Positions 47,295 to 56,862 of a stretch of 64,000 nt of DNA are shown here, piece by piece. The position numbers and the translations under genes are program-made. The DNA is from Dehalococcoidia bacterium. Its GTDB lineage: Bacteria > Chloroflexota > Dehalococcoidia > Lucifugimonadales > UBA3495. Every line of letters starts with the position of its first letter. Position 1 is the first letter of the stretch. The notes beneath the pieces are model-generated. The model was not told where the DNA came from, made no database searches, and was given only the letters and a program-made list of their open reading frames with translations. Location: assembly GCA_965204865.1 (NCBI GenBank), contig OZ242027.1, forward strand, positions 935,550-999,549. Reading direction: 5' to 3'.

Positions 47295-49250
47295 TTAGTT
47301 CGGGTTGTCTGCGGCCTTGGCGTAGGCGGCGCAGCAGAGGCGCGGCACGGTGTTGCCGGGGTAGACCCAGTCGGCCACCACGTTGGGGTTCACCGTAATG
47401 GTGTGCGGGAACCAGAACAGCGGCATCGACACGTGGTTGTCGTACATGTAGTTGCCGATGTCGCGGGCGATGTCGTCCCGGTCCGCCGTGTCATAGGTGA
47501 CCTGGAGGTCCTTGATCCTGGAGTTGAGCCAGTCGTCTTCGTAGTGCTTGGTCACTCCGTGGCTGGTGTACGCGATGTTGATGTAGTACTCGATGGGGAA
47601 GTAGATGATGATGTTGGGCCATACCTGGTTCTGCATGGTGCGGCCGCGATAGCGGTTGGCTACCTCGGAGCCGTCCAGGTCAACCAGCTTGGCCTCGATG
47701 CCAATCCTGTTCCAGTACTGGGTGATGGACTCGATGATTTGTGGCAACTCCGACTCGCCGGGCGAGACGTAGGAGTTGGCCGTTACCTTGATGGGCCCCT
47801 TCGGGCCTTCCTTGCGGTCGGTGGAGTAGCCGGCAGCCTCAATCAGGTCGCGGGCCGCGTCGGGGTCGTAGCCGTACTCCTCATCGTACCGAGTCACCCA
47901 TTCTTCGTTCCAGCCTTCCAGCGTGGGGTGGAAGCCGTCAATGTACATCGGCTGCCAGTAGCCGGCGTAGAGGAAGTCGCCCAGTTCCACGCGGTTGATG
48001 GCCTTGTTCATTGCCCGGCGGATGTTGAGGTCGTTCCAGGGCTGGTCGGGGTCGTGGGCCTCCTCTGACGCCTTTCCGTGTTCCCCGGAACCGGCTTCGG
48101 TAGCGAAATAGGACCCGCCGAAGAAGATGGACACGTCGTTGGAGGTGAAGCGGGACTTGATGAGCGCCATCCCCTCGCTCACGGCGTCCTGTTGCAGGTC
48201 GATGGGCAGGTCGGCGACATGAATCTCACCAGCCAGCAGGCCAGCATAGCGGGATGCGTCTTCGGGGACCCAGGTTATCTCCAGTTCCTGGAACTCGGGA
48301 TCTTCACCGCTCCAGTGTTCGTAGTCGAGCTTCTCCATGAAGATGGAGGTTCCCTGGTTGCGGCCCAAGTACTGGTAGGTGTTGGTGCCGACTAGGCCCT
48401 TTTCGTCCAGGCCAGCCTCGCCTTCGGCTTCCCAGAAATCGACGCTCCAAGGAGACATCTCGCCGGACTGGGCGCCGAGGTAGAACAGCATATTGGAGTT
48501 GGTGCGGGTGCCGTGGAAGGTCATCCTGTAATCGTCGTGGATTTCCAGCACTTCATCGTAGGGCAGGGCGTCGCCACGCGCGGTGAGGGTTGTGATGCCG
48601 CCGCAGGTTGACAGCCGGCTGTCCTCGCGGCAGAGAATCTTGAGAGTGTGCATCATGTCGGCGGTGGTTAACTCGCCCCATCCGTCGTGGAACTGGACGC
48701 CCTCACGGAGCTTGATGTCCCAGGTGCTCAGGTCTTCGCTAGCTTCCCAAGACTCGGCCAAGCGAGGAACGATCTGGCCCGTCTCGACGTCCTTGGCCAG
48801 CAGGTTCTCCAGCATCGGCTCGTACTGGACGTAAGCCTGACGGCTGCCGGCCCAGGTGCGGTTGGTCTCGTTGGCTACCGCGCCGATGGCGTAGACCAGG
48901 CGGGTGGTCTCAGAGACGAATCCGGTGGACGGCACCGGAGTGGGCTGCGGCATGGCCGTTGGAGTCGCAGCGGCTGCCGGGGCCGCACTGGTTGGTGTGG
49001 GGCGGTCCTCCTGCGGGGGCGCGCCAGCCGGAGCCGCGCTGGTGGCCGTGGGGCGGTCCTCCTGGGGCGGGGCACCGGCGGGTGTCGCTACCGGCGCGGC
49101 CGCTTGAGTGGGCGCAGCCGCGGGCGCAGTAGTAGGCGCAGGCGCATCCGTAGGCTCCTCTGCCGCACCGCCGCAGGCGATGACGAAGACCAGCGCCGCG
49201 ATTAGACCAAACGCTAAGAATTTACCATTCAATAGAAATCTGGTTAACAT
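47295..49250 (-). CDS. ABC transporter substrate-binding lipoprotein, family 5
   Basis: 651 aa. Lipobox FVIACGG, a long P/A/T linker with an internal 17-aa duplication, and a family-5 SBP core. Confidence 0.9.
   Translation of the reverse strand: MLTRFLLNGKFLAFGLIAALVFVIACGGAAEEPTDAPAPTTAPAAAPTQAAAPVATPAGAPPQEDRPTATSAAPAGAPPQEDRPTPTSAAPAAAATPTAMPQPTPVPSTGFVSETTRLVYAIGAVANETNRTWAGSRQAYVQYEPMLENLLAKDVETGQIVPRLAESWEASEDLSTWDIKLREGVQFHDGWGELTTADMMHTLKILCREDSRLSTCGGITTLTARGDALPYDEVLEIHDDYRMTFHGTRTNSNMLFYLGAQSGEMSPWSVDFWEAEGEAGLDEKGLVGTNTYQYLGRNQGTSIFMEKLDYEHWSGEDPEFQELEITWVPEDASRYAGLLAGEIHVADLPIDLQQDAVSEGMALIKSRFTSNDVSIFFGGSYFATEAGSGEHGKASEEAHDPDQPWNDLNIRRAMNKAINRVELGDFLYAGYWQPMYIDGFHPTLEGWNEEWVTRYDEEYGYDPDAARDLIEAAGYSTDRKEGPKGPIKVTANSYVSPGESELPQIIESITQYWNRIGIEAKLVDLDGSEVANRYRGRTMQNQVWPNIIIYFPIEYYINIAYTSHGVTKHYEDDWLNSRIKDLQVTYDTADRDDIARDIGNYMYDNHVSMPLFWFPHTITVNPNVVADWVYPGNTVPRLCCAAYAKAADNPN
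48979..49080 (-). repeat. 2 x 51-bp tandem repeat inside the SBP linker (PAGAPPQEDRPT(A/P)TSAA x2)
   Basis: Units 48979-49029 and 49030-49080 align by eye with a few mismatches. Confidence 0.6.
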
Positions 49251-49367
49251 CTATACCTCGTATCCGAAAATGTCGGTTAGTCGCCCCTTTCCCGCTGGTA
49301 CAACGCCTGTCTCTCTGGGCGAAAAATAGGGCAAAGGCTATTGCGGTAGATACCGCAATAAGCGGGA

Positions 49368-49396
49368 ATTATAGCTTTCGGCTAAATCCGCGTCAA
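49368..49396 (-). promoter_or_regulatory. Putative promoter of the family-5 SBP gene 47295..49250
   Basis: Minus strand TTGACG-17 nt-TATAAT. A perfect 22-bp palindrome (49339-49360) follows immediately downstream. Confidence 0.5.
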
Positions 49397-49422
49397 TTGG
49401 GAGACTGCGAATTTTGAGTCGG

Positions 49423-50652
49423 TCAGGGTTCGCGCTGGAACGGGTCGGTCAACTCCAACTCTTCGCCCATTTCCCGGACGGCGGGCATTACTTCCTTACC
49501 GAACAACTCCAGGCAACGCATGGTGTCCTGGTGGGTGATTGAGCCGTCGTTGGTCCATACGCCGAGGATGCCGGGACGCACTCGCGCCAGCACCTCTCGC
49601 AGCTTGCGAATTACCGTGTCGGGGCTTCCTATCACCAAGCGGTTGGCGTCAATCATGCCCTGGTAGGCTTCGTCCGTGATGGGCCCGGTGCGGAAGGGGT
49701 CGTTCAGCCGGGCCGCCCGGGCCTGGGCTGACAGGGCGACAGCGGACTCCGATGTCCGCATGATGGGCCGGCTGTAGCCGGGCGGGAAGGAATACTCCCT
49801 CGGCATTGGAATGCGCCCGACGCCGACCAACGCTTCGAGGAACCCGCGGCCCGCCTTGTACGCCTTTTCGTCGGTGTCCTGCACGTGGATAGGGAGCATA
49901 TAGCCGAAATGCTCCGGCCCGGCCTCATAACCAAACTCTTGGGCGGCCTCGCGGTAAATCTGCTGCATCTGCCCGAAGGAATCAGGGACGATGCCCAAGT
50001 AGAAGTAGGGATAATGCCGCTCGGCGCACCACACCACCGTGTCCGCGCTGCCGGAGCCGGGAATCCACACCGGCGGGTGAGGTTTTTGCAACGGCACCTG
50101 GAAGGGATTGACCACCCTGAAGTGGTAGTGCTTCCCTTCCCAGCGGAAGGGACCCGGAGTAGTCCAGGCCTTGAGAATCAGGTCGTGGGCTTCCTCGAAT
50201 CGCTCCCGGTTGTGCACCGGGTTTGCGTTGGTGGCCCAGGTCTCGGTGCCGCCACCGCGCACGAAGCCGGAGACCAGCCGCCCGCCGGAAATCATGTCAA
50301 TTTCGGCCAGTTCCTCGGCCAGGCGGAGGGGGTTGTCGTGGATGGGCAGGGGGTTGCCCATCAGTACAATCTTGGGCTTCTTGGTGATGCGGGCCAGGAT
50401 TGCAGCTTCGAGGTTCATCGCGGCGCCGAGGCTGGTGGGGGTGTTGTGATGCTCGTTGAGCATCATACCCTCGAAACCCAGCTCCTCGACGTACTCCCAT
50501 TCGTCCAGGGATTCGTTGTACTGCCGCGACGCAACGTCAGGATCGAAATGGGAGTTGGAAAAGGTGACGCGCACCGCCTTGTTGGGGCTGCGCAGCACAT
50601 CCTCCTCGGTGTAGTTGGTGTAGGCCCGCTCGGTGAAGCGCATCAGGAACAA
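49423..50652 (-). CDS. LLM-class flavin-dependent oxidoreductase
   Basis: 409 aa. VEELGFEGMMLNEHHNT. Start is either TTG 50652 (9 nt after GGAGG) or ATG 50643. Confidence 0.85.
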   Translation of the reverse strand: MFLMRFTERAYTNYTEEDVLRSPNKAVRVTFSNSHFDPDVASRQYNESLDEWEYVEELGFEGMMLNEHHNTPTSLGAAMNLEAAILARITKKPKIVLMGNPLPIHDNPLRLAEELAEIDMISGGRLVSGFVRGGGTETWATNANPVHNRERFEEAHDLILKAWTTPGPFRWEGKHYHFRVVNPFQVPLQKPHPPVWIPGSGSADTVVWCAERHYPYFYLGIVPDSFGQMQQIYREAAQEFGYEAGPEHFGYMLPIHVQDTDEKAYKAGRGFLEALVGVGRIPMPREYSFPPGYSRPIMRTSESAVALSAQARAARLNDPFRTGPITDEAYQGMIDANRLVIGSPDTVIRKLREVLARVRPGILGVWTNDGSITHQDTMRCLELFGKEVMPAVREMGEELELTDPFQREP

Positions 50653-50672
50653 GGGAGAGAACCTCCAAAATT

Positions 50673-50698
50673 TTCTCTCCCACTGAGGGAGAGGGTGA
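50673..50698 (-). repeat. REP-A copy 10 (truncated)
   Basis: TTCTCTCCCACTGAGGGAGAGGGTGA. Confidence 0.6.
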
Positions 50699-50719
50699 AA
50701 AGTTAGGAAAGGAAACTGC

Positions 50720-51712
50720 CTAAATCCCCAGCAACCGCTCCGCGTTCTTCCAGAGGATTGCCTCTTTTTCTTCGGTGGTCAGGCTTTCCTGTCGCAGCAC
50801 CCAGGACACGGGCCAGTCAATGGCCATGTCGGCGGGCCAGTCGGTGCCGAAGACGATGCGGTCGACGCCTACGGTGTCAATGAGGTAGCGCAGAGCGGCC
50901 TCGCTGTGAGTCAGGCAGTCGTAGTAGAACCTGTTGAGATAGGCGCTGGGCGGCTGCTGGATGTGGACCCGGGCCTCGCGGCGCACCTGCCAGCCGCGAT
51001 CCATACGCCCTATTCCGAAGCAGGTGTAGCCGCCGCCGTGGGCCAGCACCACCTTGAGATCGGGGCAGGCGTCCATCACGCCGCCGAAAACGAAGGAGGC
51101 GAAGGTGACGGCGCGGTCGGCCAGGTTGCCGATGCTGTTGGGCAGGTGGTAGCGGTCGCTGCGCGGAGTCACTACGGTGTCGCCAACCTGATGTATGAAG
51201 ATGGCTGCGCCCAGAGCCTCGGCCGCCTTCCACAGGGGCAGAAAGGAGGGATCATCGTAGGTGACGCCGTTCACGTGGTCGCCAATCATGGCGCCCTTGA
51301 GTCCGAGGTCGCGCACTCCCCGCTCCAGCTCGGCTACGGCGGCGTTGATGTCCTGCATCGGCAGGGTGCAGAAGCCGGAGAAGCGGTCGGGGTGTTGCCG
51401 CATCATGCCCGCCACTTCCTCGTTGGCCTCGCGGCAGGCGGCAACGGCGTCGTCAGTAGTGGGGAAAGTGTAGTAACCGACGAAGGTGGAGACTACGTGA
51501 ACGTCCACCCCCAGGGAGTTCATGTCGGCCAGGCGCTCCTCGGTGTTCCAGCCGAAGGCCGGGGTAAGCGGCTGGGTCAATTCGCCGAGGCCGTAGATCA
51601 ATTGGCCTTCGGCGTTGCGACGGGCGGTTACGCCGTGCCATGACTCGCCGCGATAGAGCGTATCGAGCATACAGTGGGGCATCAGGTGGGCATGGATGTC
51701 TATGCTTCGCAT
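50720..51712 (-). CDS. Amidohydrolase-2 protein, ACMSD/LigW-like (non-oxidative decarboxylase/hydrolase family)
   Basis: MRSIDIHAHLMP (HxH), LPMQD, FIHQ, LAHGGGY, GTDWP; colinear by eye with ACMSD as I remember it. Start ATG 51712; the track's longer ORF overlaps the upstream gene. Confidence 0.85.
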   Translation of the reverse strand: MRSIDIHAHLMPHCMLDTLYRGESWHGVTARRNAEGQLIYGLGELTQPLTPAFGWNTEERLADMNSLGVDVHVVSTFVGYYTFPTTDDAVAACREANEEVAGMMRQHPDRFSGFCTLPMQDINAAVAELERGVRDLGLKGAMIGDHVNGVTYDDPSFLPLWKAAEALGAAIFIHQVGDTVVTPRSDRYHLPNSIGNLADRAVTFASFVFGGVMDACPDLKVVLAHGGGYTCFGIGRMDRGWQVRREARVHIQQPPSAYLNRFYYDCLTHSEAALRYLIDTVGVDRIVFGTDWPADMAIDWPVSWVLRQESLTTEEKEAILWKNAERLLGI

Positions 51713-51723
51713 TCTTCGTCTCC

Positions 51724-52692
51724 CTAGCTCAGGCCCAGCAGGCTTTCGATGTTGCCGCCCAGGATGGCGCCTTTTTCCACGTCGGTGAGCTTGGTCATGT
51801 TCCGCACCCACGAAACCGGCTCGTCTATCGCCATGTCGAAGGGCCAGTCGGTGCCGAACACCACGCGGTCCAGGCCCACGGTGTCTATCAGCATCCGCAG
51901 GGCGTCCTCGCTGTGGGTGAGGCAGTCGTACCAGAAGCGGTCGAGGTATCGGCTGGGGGGCTGCTGGATGTGGACGCGGGCCTCGGAGCGGACCTGCCAG
52001 CCCCGGTCCATCCGGCCTGCGCCGAAGCAGGTGTAGCCGCCGCCGTGGGCAAGGCAGACTTTCAGGCCGGGGCAGGCGTCCATCACGCCGCCGAACACGA
52101 AGGACGCGAAAGTGACGGCGCGGTCGGCCAGGTTGCCGATGGTGTTGGGCAGGTGGTAGTTGTCGCTGCGAGGGCTGACCACGGTGTCGCCGGCCTGGTG
52201 GATGAAGATGACGGCGCCTGACGCTTCTGCCGCTTTCCACAGCGGGAGAAAGGAGGGATCGTCGTAGGTTACGCCATTTACGTGGTCGCCGATCATTGCG
52301 CCTTTCAGTCCGAGGGTCTGCATCCCGCGCTCGAGCTCGGCGACGGAGGCGCTCACGTCCTGCATCGGCAGGGTGGCGAATCCGGCGAAGCGGTCGGGGT
52401 GGTCCTTGGTGAGCTGGGAGACGTAGTCGTTACACTCTCGGGCCATGGCCGTGATGGCGGCGGCGTCCCGCTCGTAGAAGTAAAAGAAGGAGTTGGTGGA
52501 CAGGACGTGAACGTCAACGCCTAATTCGTCCATTTCCTGCAAGCGTTGCTCCGGTGTCCACATGGTGCGCGGGGTGTATTCGTGGATGGGCAGCATCTCG
52601 GCGGAGGCGATGCCGTGCCAGTCCCGGCCTTCCGACATGGCCTTGACCATGCCTTCCGGGCTGATGTGGGCGTGAATATCGATGGTTCGCAT
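51724..52692 (-). CDS. Amidohydrolase-2 protein, ACMSD/LigW-like
   Basis: MRTIDIHAHISP..., LPMQD, LAHGGGY, GTDWP. Tandem paralogue of 50720..51712, 11-nt gap. Confidence 0.85.
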   Translation of the reverse strand: MRTIDIHAHISPEGMVKAMSEGRDWHGIASAEMLPIHEYTPRTMWTPEQRLQEMDELGVDVHVLSTNSFFYFYERDAAAITAMARECNDYVSQLTKDHPDRFAGFATLPMQDVSASVAELERGMQTLGLKGAMIGDHVNGVTYDDPSFLPLWKAAEASGAVIFIHQAGDTVVSPRSDNYHLPNTIGNLADRAVTFASFVFGGVMDACPGLKVCLAHGGGYTCFGAGRMDRGWQVRSEARVHIQQPPSRYLDRFWYDCLTHSEDALRMLIDTVGLDRVVFGTDWPFDMAIDEPVSWVRNMTKLTDVEKGAILGGNIESLLGLS

Positions 52693-52844
52693 ATAGCGGG
52701 AAAGCTCCTGAGTTGTTGATATAGGAGTGAGGAAATTGAGACTAGGGGATTATAGCCGAAATTCGTATCAACTGCTCCGCTTTCCCGCAGACAAATTGAT
52801 TCTGCGCCCCAGCTTGCTATTCCCTATGGTAAACTTCCATAGCT

Positions 52845-54014
52845 ATGAAACGAAGCACGGAACGGATACTTACTACCCACACCGGGAGCTTGCCCCGTCC
52901 TCAGCCTATGCTCGACTTGCTGCTCCGGCAGCAGCAGGGGAAACTGGATGACGAGGCACAACTCCACCAGTCGGTGCGTGGTGCCGTGGCCGATGCTGTG
53001 TCGTGGCAGGTGGAATGCGGACTCGACGTCATTAACGACGGGGAGATGGGGCGGGTGGACTATACCGTCTTCGTCAAAGACCTGCTGACCGGGTTCGAGG
53101 GCGAGAGTATGCCGCCCATCGGGGCGGGAGACGATGAGTTCCCAGAGTTGGGGGAGTTGCTGCGTCCCTTTGCTTCGCCCTTCCAGGTACGCCCCGCTTG
53201 TGTCGGGCCGGTGGACTGGAAGGACTGGCCGTCGTTCCGGCGCGACCTGGACAATCTGGCCGCCGCCCTTCGACAAGCTCAGGATGATCGGGGCGGCGCG
53301 GTGTGCGAGGAAATGTTTATGACCTCGCCTTCGCCGGGGCAGATAGCGCGTTTCCTGCACAACCGGTATTACGATGACGATGAGACTTACCTGTATGCGC
53401 TGGGCGACGTGATGAAGCGGGCGTATGAGGCCATCGTCAACGCCGGGTTCCTGCTGCAACTGGACTGCCCCGACCTGGCCCTGAGCCGCAGCACCGTCTT
53501 CGCTCACCTTACGCTGGAGGAGTTTCGGCGGGTCATTCGGATGCACGTGGAAGCGCTGAATCACGCCGTCGCCGCCATCCCCGAAGACCGGATGCGGATG
53601 CACCTGTGCTGGAGCAGCACCATGGGGCCGCATCACACCGACGTGCCGTTGCGCGACATCGTGGACATTGTGCTGGAAGCCAAGCCCGCCGCCTTTTCCT
53701 TCCCGGCGGCCAACCCACGCCACGGCCACGAGTGGAAGATATGGCAGGACATCAAGCTGCCGGAGGGCAAGACGGTTATCCCCGGAATGATAGATTCCAC
53801 ATCCAACTTCGTGGAGCATCCCGAATACGTCGCCGAGCGCATTGTGCGCTACGCCGGGGTCGTGGGCCGGGAGAACCTGCTGGCGGGGGCCGATTGCGGC
53901 TTTGGCACTTTTGCGGGAAGGCTCCAAGTGGATTCCAAAATCGTGTGGATGAAGCTGGCCTCGCTGGTGGAGGGCGCGCGCCTGGCTTCGCAAGAGCTGT
54001 GGCCCCATCGGTAG
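52845..54014 (+). CDS. Cobalamin-independent methionine synthase (MetE C-terminal)-like family protein
   Basis: MKRSTERILTTHTGSLPRP...GLDVINDGEMGR...MHLCW... is the pattern of the MetE-like family II proteins. Carries REP-B in-frame (ALRQAQDDRG). Confidence 0.75.
   Translation: MKRSTERILTTHTGSLPRPQPMLDLLLRQQQGKLDDEAQLHQSVRGAVADAVSWQVECGLDVINDGEMGRVDYTVFVKDLLTGFEGESMPPIGAGDDEFPELGELLRPFASPFQVRPACVGPVDWKDWPSFRRDLDNLAAALRQAQDDRGGAVCEEMFMTSPSPGQIARFLHNRYYDDDETYLYALGDVMKRAYEAIVNAGFLLQLDCPDLALSRSTVFAHLTLEEFRRVIRMHVEALNHAVAAIPEDRMRMHLCWSSTMGPHHTDVPLRDIVDIVLEAKPAAFSFPAANPRHGHEWKIWQDIKLPEGKTVIPGMIDSTSNFVEHPEYVAERIVRYAGVVGRENLLAGADCGFGTFAGRLQVDSKIVWMKLASLVEGARLASQELWPHR
53266..53289 (-). repeat. REP-B copy 7, inside the MetE-like CDS
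   Basis: CCCTTCGACAAGCTCAGGATGATC, read as ALRQAQDD. Confidence 0.8.
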
Positions 54015-54124
54015 CGCTCAGGCCGCGAGGCCGTGGCCGAAGATCGCCTGGCCCGTCATCCGACAGGGGTTGGCAGGCGCAACGGCGCGCCGTAGATCGC
54101 TTCCCACCGGCGCTGCTGGCCGCC

Positions 54125-54553
54125 TTGGCCGGGGCCGGACTGGTGATTGTCGGCTCCGCCGTCGGCCCGTGGGCCAACGTTGCCGGCGAGCTGCACGTCG
54201 GCGGGCAAATCGAGCGCTTTCAGATTGACGGCATGGTCGGCGACGGGGTGTTTACTCTGTCGTTGTCCGCTGCCGCCGCATTGCTGATTCTGTGGCGCCT
54301 GTCATTTGTATGGAGACGGCGAGGTCGGGCCAGCGGTTTCCTGACCGGACTGGCGGTCGTGCTGTTGCTGGTATCGGCAGTGATAGGAATGCTCAACTGG
54401 GTGGACATAGACAATATGCCGGGCGTCTACGTACCGGGCAAGCACTTTCACAGCGACGCCCGGGCCGCGTGGGGGCTGTTGACCACCACCTTCGGGGCGG
54501 CCATCGGCACAGTGGCGATGACCTATCAGGTCTGGAAAGACGAACTGCGGTAG
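54125..54553 (+). CDS. Hypothetical small membrane protein; start uncertain
   Basis: 3-4 hydrophobic segments (LAGAGLVIVGSAV..., VFTLSLSAAAALLILW..., LTGLAVVLLLVSAVIGML..., LLTTTFGAAIGTVAM). Candidate starts are TTG 54125, GTG 54143 and ATG 54232. The upstream part of track ORF 53606.. overlaps the MetE-like gene. Confidence 0.35.
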   Translation: MAGAGLVIVGSAVGPWANVAGELHVGGQIERFQIDGMVGDGVFTLSLSAAAALLILWRLSFVWRRRGRASGFLTGLAVVLLLVSAVIGMLNWVDIDNMPGVYVPGKHFHSDARAAWGLLTTTFGAAIGTVAMTYQVWKDELR

Positions 54554-54611
54554 ACATGGCGGGGATTCCTGCTTTCCCTGGAATGACGCCCTATGTGGCA
54601 GGAGAGCGACA

Positions 54612-55592
54612 ATGGTTGCATCGCAAGGACTGGAAAGGACGCAATTCGACCCGGCGGCAGTTGACCCGGATACGGCGGCTTTCGTCGCTGACCTGGAGGC
54701 GCGGCTGGCGACGATATCGCCGCCGCAGGTTGTGGGTATACAGGCAGTGCGGGAGGCGGCCCGGTCGGGACAGTCTTTCTTCGGTCCGGTCATACACTCC
54801 GACATCGCCGCCGACCGGGTGGTAAACAGCCCGGCCCTTCGACAAGCTCAGGATGGATTGACGCTGCGGGTATTCACTCCGCCGCTGGTCAACGGGGTTT
54901 ACCTGCACTTCCACGGAGGGGGTTGGGCGCAGGGGGCGTCGGACTTGCAAGACCCGCGACTGGAGCGCGTCGCCAGGGAGTGCGAGGTGGCCGTCATCAG
55001 CGTTGACTACCGGCTGGCCCCGGAGCATCCGTATCCGGCTGGCCCAGACGACGCGGAGACCGCCGCGCTGTGGCTGGCCCGCAACGCCGCCGCTGAGTTC
55101 GGGACGGACAGGCTGGTCATCGGCGGGGAGTCCGCCGGGGCGCACCTGTCGGCGGTGGCCCTGCTACGCCTGCGCGACCGGCACGGGCTGGCCGACGCAT
55201 ACTGCGGCGCGAACCTGCTGTACGGGGCCTACGACCTGACGCTCACGCCCAGCGTCCGCGCTTGGGGCGACCGTTACGTGGTACTGAGCGAGCCATACAT
55301 CAACTGGTGCCTGGATATGTTCGTACATGCTGAGAAGCGTACAAACCCGGACGTGTCGCCTCTCTACGCCGACCTGGCAGGACTGCCTCCCGCCCTCTTT
55401 TCGGTGGGGACGATTGACCCATTGCTGGACGACACGCTGTTCATGCACGCCCGCTGGCTGGCCGCCGGAAACGAGGCTGCGATCGCAGTACACCCCGGCT
55501 TGCCTCACGCCTTTCCGTTAATGCCCATGAAGGCGTCCGAGGCAGCCAATGAGCGGTGCAACGAGTTCATCCGGCAGGTTATCAGCCGTTAG
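54612..55592 (+). CDS. Alpha/beta hydrolase, hormone-sensitive-lipase-type esterase
   Basis: HFHGGGW oxyanion motif, GGESAGAHL nucleophile elbow, and C-terminal HPGLPHAF. Carries REP-B in-frame (ALRQAQDGL). Confidence 0.85.
   Translation: MVASQGLERTQFDPAAVDPDTAAFVADLEARLATISPPQVVGIQAVREAARSGQSFFGPVIHSDIAADRVVNSPALRQAQDGLTLRVFTPPLVNGVYLHFHGGGWAQGASDLQDPRLERVARECEVAVISVDYRLAPEHPYPAGPDDAETAALWLARNAAAEFGTDRLVIGGESAGAHLSAVALLRLRDRHGLADAYCGANLLYGAYDLTLTPSVRAWGDRYVVLSEPYINWCLDMFVHAEKRTNPDVSPLYADLAGLPPALFSVGTIDPLLDDTLFMHARWLAAGNEAAIAVHPGLPHAFPLMPMKASEAANERCNEFIRQVISR
54835..54856 (-). repeat. REP-B copy 8, inside the esterase CDS
   Basis: CCCTTCGACAAGCTCAGGATGG, read as ALRQAQDG. Confidence 0.8.
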
Positions 55593-55616
55593 AGTTCCTG
55601 CGAAAGTGGGAATGAT
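55593..55616. repeat. REP-C copy 3
   Basis: AGTTCCTGCGAAAGTGGGAATGAT, directly after the esterase stop. Confidence 0.65.
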
Positions 55617-55637
55617 GGGAAATCGAGAGTTCAAATA

Positions 55638-55663
55638 GATTCCCGCTTTCGCGGGAATGACGG
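55638..55663. repeat. REP-C copy 4
   Basis: GATTCCCGCTTTCGCGGGAATGACGG, 22 nt after copy 3. Confidence 0.8.
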
Positions 55664-55676
55664 CAGGAGGAGCCAA

Positions 55677-56738
55677 ATGCCCAGCGTCAAGCCCACGGGT
55701 ATTCATCTGGACTTCGGGATTTTCGACTCGGTGGAATGGAGCGAGGAACGGGCGGCGGACATATATGAGAACCGCCTGGAACTGGCCGAGTTCGCCGACA
55801 AGAACGACTTTTACGCCTTTCATCTGGTGGAGCATCACACGACACCGCTGTGCATCGTCCCGTCGCCCGGCATCTTCCTGTCGGCCATTGCCCAGCGCAC
55901 CAGCCGCATCCGCATCGGGCCGCTGGGATTCCTGCTGCCCTTCCACAACCCGCTGCGGCTGTACCACGAAATCTGTATGCTGGACCACCTGTGCCAGGGA
56001 CGGCTGGAGCTGGGGTTCGCCCGGGGCGTGGTGCCGATGGAGGCGGAGCGGTTCGGGCTGCCCGGCGACGAGGAACGCCGCGACATGATGCGGGAGGCGC
56101 TGGAAGTCCTGCTCTACGGCTTCAACAACGAGACGCTGGACTTCGAGGGGAAGTATTACAACTATTCCGGCATCAAGCTGTGGCTGAAGCCCTACCAGAA
56201 TCCCTATCCGCCGCTGTGGTATCCGACGGCCAACATCGAGATGATTCCGTGGGTGGCGGAGGCGGGTATGAACACCTGCGGCATCATCGAGCCGTCGCGG
56301 GAATACAAGGAACACTACGACCTGTATAAGAAAATATGGGCGGAGAACAAGGACAACCCCAACCGCATCAACGGCCATGTCGCGGAACCCAAGATTGGCA
56401 TGGCCCGCCCGGTCTATGTCGCGGATACCGACGATGAGGCGCTGGATCGGGCCCGCGTCGCCCATCGTGTCTGGCGCTCCCACATCGGATTCCTGTTCGA
56501 CCAGGCAGGCATAACCATCGAACCGCTGGAGCGTCTCAGCGACTTTGACGAGCAAATCCGCGAGGAAACCTTTGTCGTCGGGTCGCCGCAGACGGTGGCC
56601 GACAAGATAGCGCGTACCGTGGAGGACTGCGGTATCAACTACTTCAACGGCCTGTTCACCTTCGGCGACCTCACGCACCAGGAAGTGATGCGCTCGGTGG
56701 AGCTGTTTGCCGGGGAAGTGATGCCGGCGTTTAAGTAA
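55677..56738 (+). CDS. LLM-class flavin-dependent oxidoreductase
   Basis: 353 aa. ADKNDFYAFHLVEHHTT. ATG preceded by GGAGGAG. Confidence 0.85.
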   Translation: MPSVKPTGIHLDFGIFDSVEWSEERAADIYENRLELAEFADKNDFYAFHLVEHHTTPLCIVPSPGIFLSAIAQRTSRIRIGPLGFLLPFHNPLRLYHEICMLDHLCQGRLELGFARGVVPMEAERFGLPGDEERRDMMREALEVLLYGFNNETLDFEGKYYNYSGIKLWLKPYQNPYPPLWYPTANIEMIPWVAEAGMNTCGIIEPSREYKEHYDLYKKIWAENKDNPNRINGHVAEPKIGMARPVYVADTDDEALDRARVAHRVWRSHIGFLFDQAGITIEPLERLSDFDEQIREETFVVGSPQTVADKIARTVEDCGINYFNGLFTFGDLTHQEVMRSVELFAGEVMPAFK

Positions 56739-56754
56739 AAGGACACTCCCCAAA

Positions 56755-56789
56755 TCCCTTCTCCCAGAGGGAGAGGGTTAGGGTGAGGG
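56755..56789 (-). repeat. REP-A copy 11
   Basis: TCCCTTCTCCCAGAGGGAGAGGGTTAGGGTGAGGG. Confidence 0.85.
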
Positions 56790-56804
56790 CTTGTCATAGG
56801 TCAC

Positions 56805-56837
56805 GCAAAAGGGGCGGGCCAAGACCCGCCCTTTTGC
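56805..56837. terminator. Bidirectional terminator between the convergent LLM and amidohydrolase genes
   Basis: GCAAAAGGGGCGGG-CCAAGA-CCCGCCCTTTTGC. Confidence 0.55.
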
Positions 56838-56862
56838 TGTGATCCACCTAGTCGGTTCAGAT

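Noticed and set aside
53606-54124. Upstream part of the 315-aa ORF 53606..54553, overlapping the 3' half of the MetE-like gene.
   Set aside because: This is an Arg/Gly/Pro-rich out-of-frame overlap. Only the hydrophobic C-terminal part after the MetE-like stop looks like a plausible small membrane protein.
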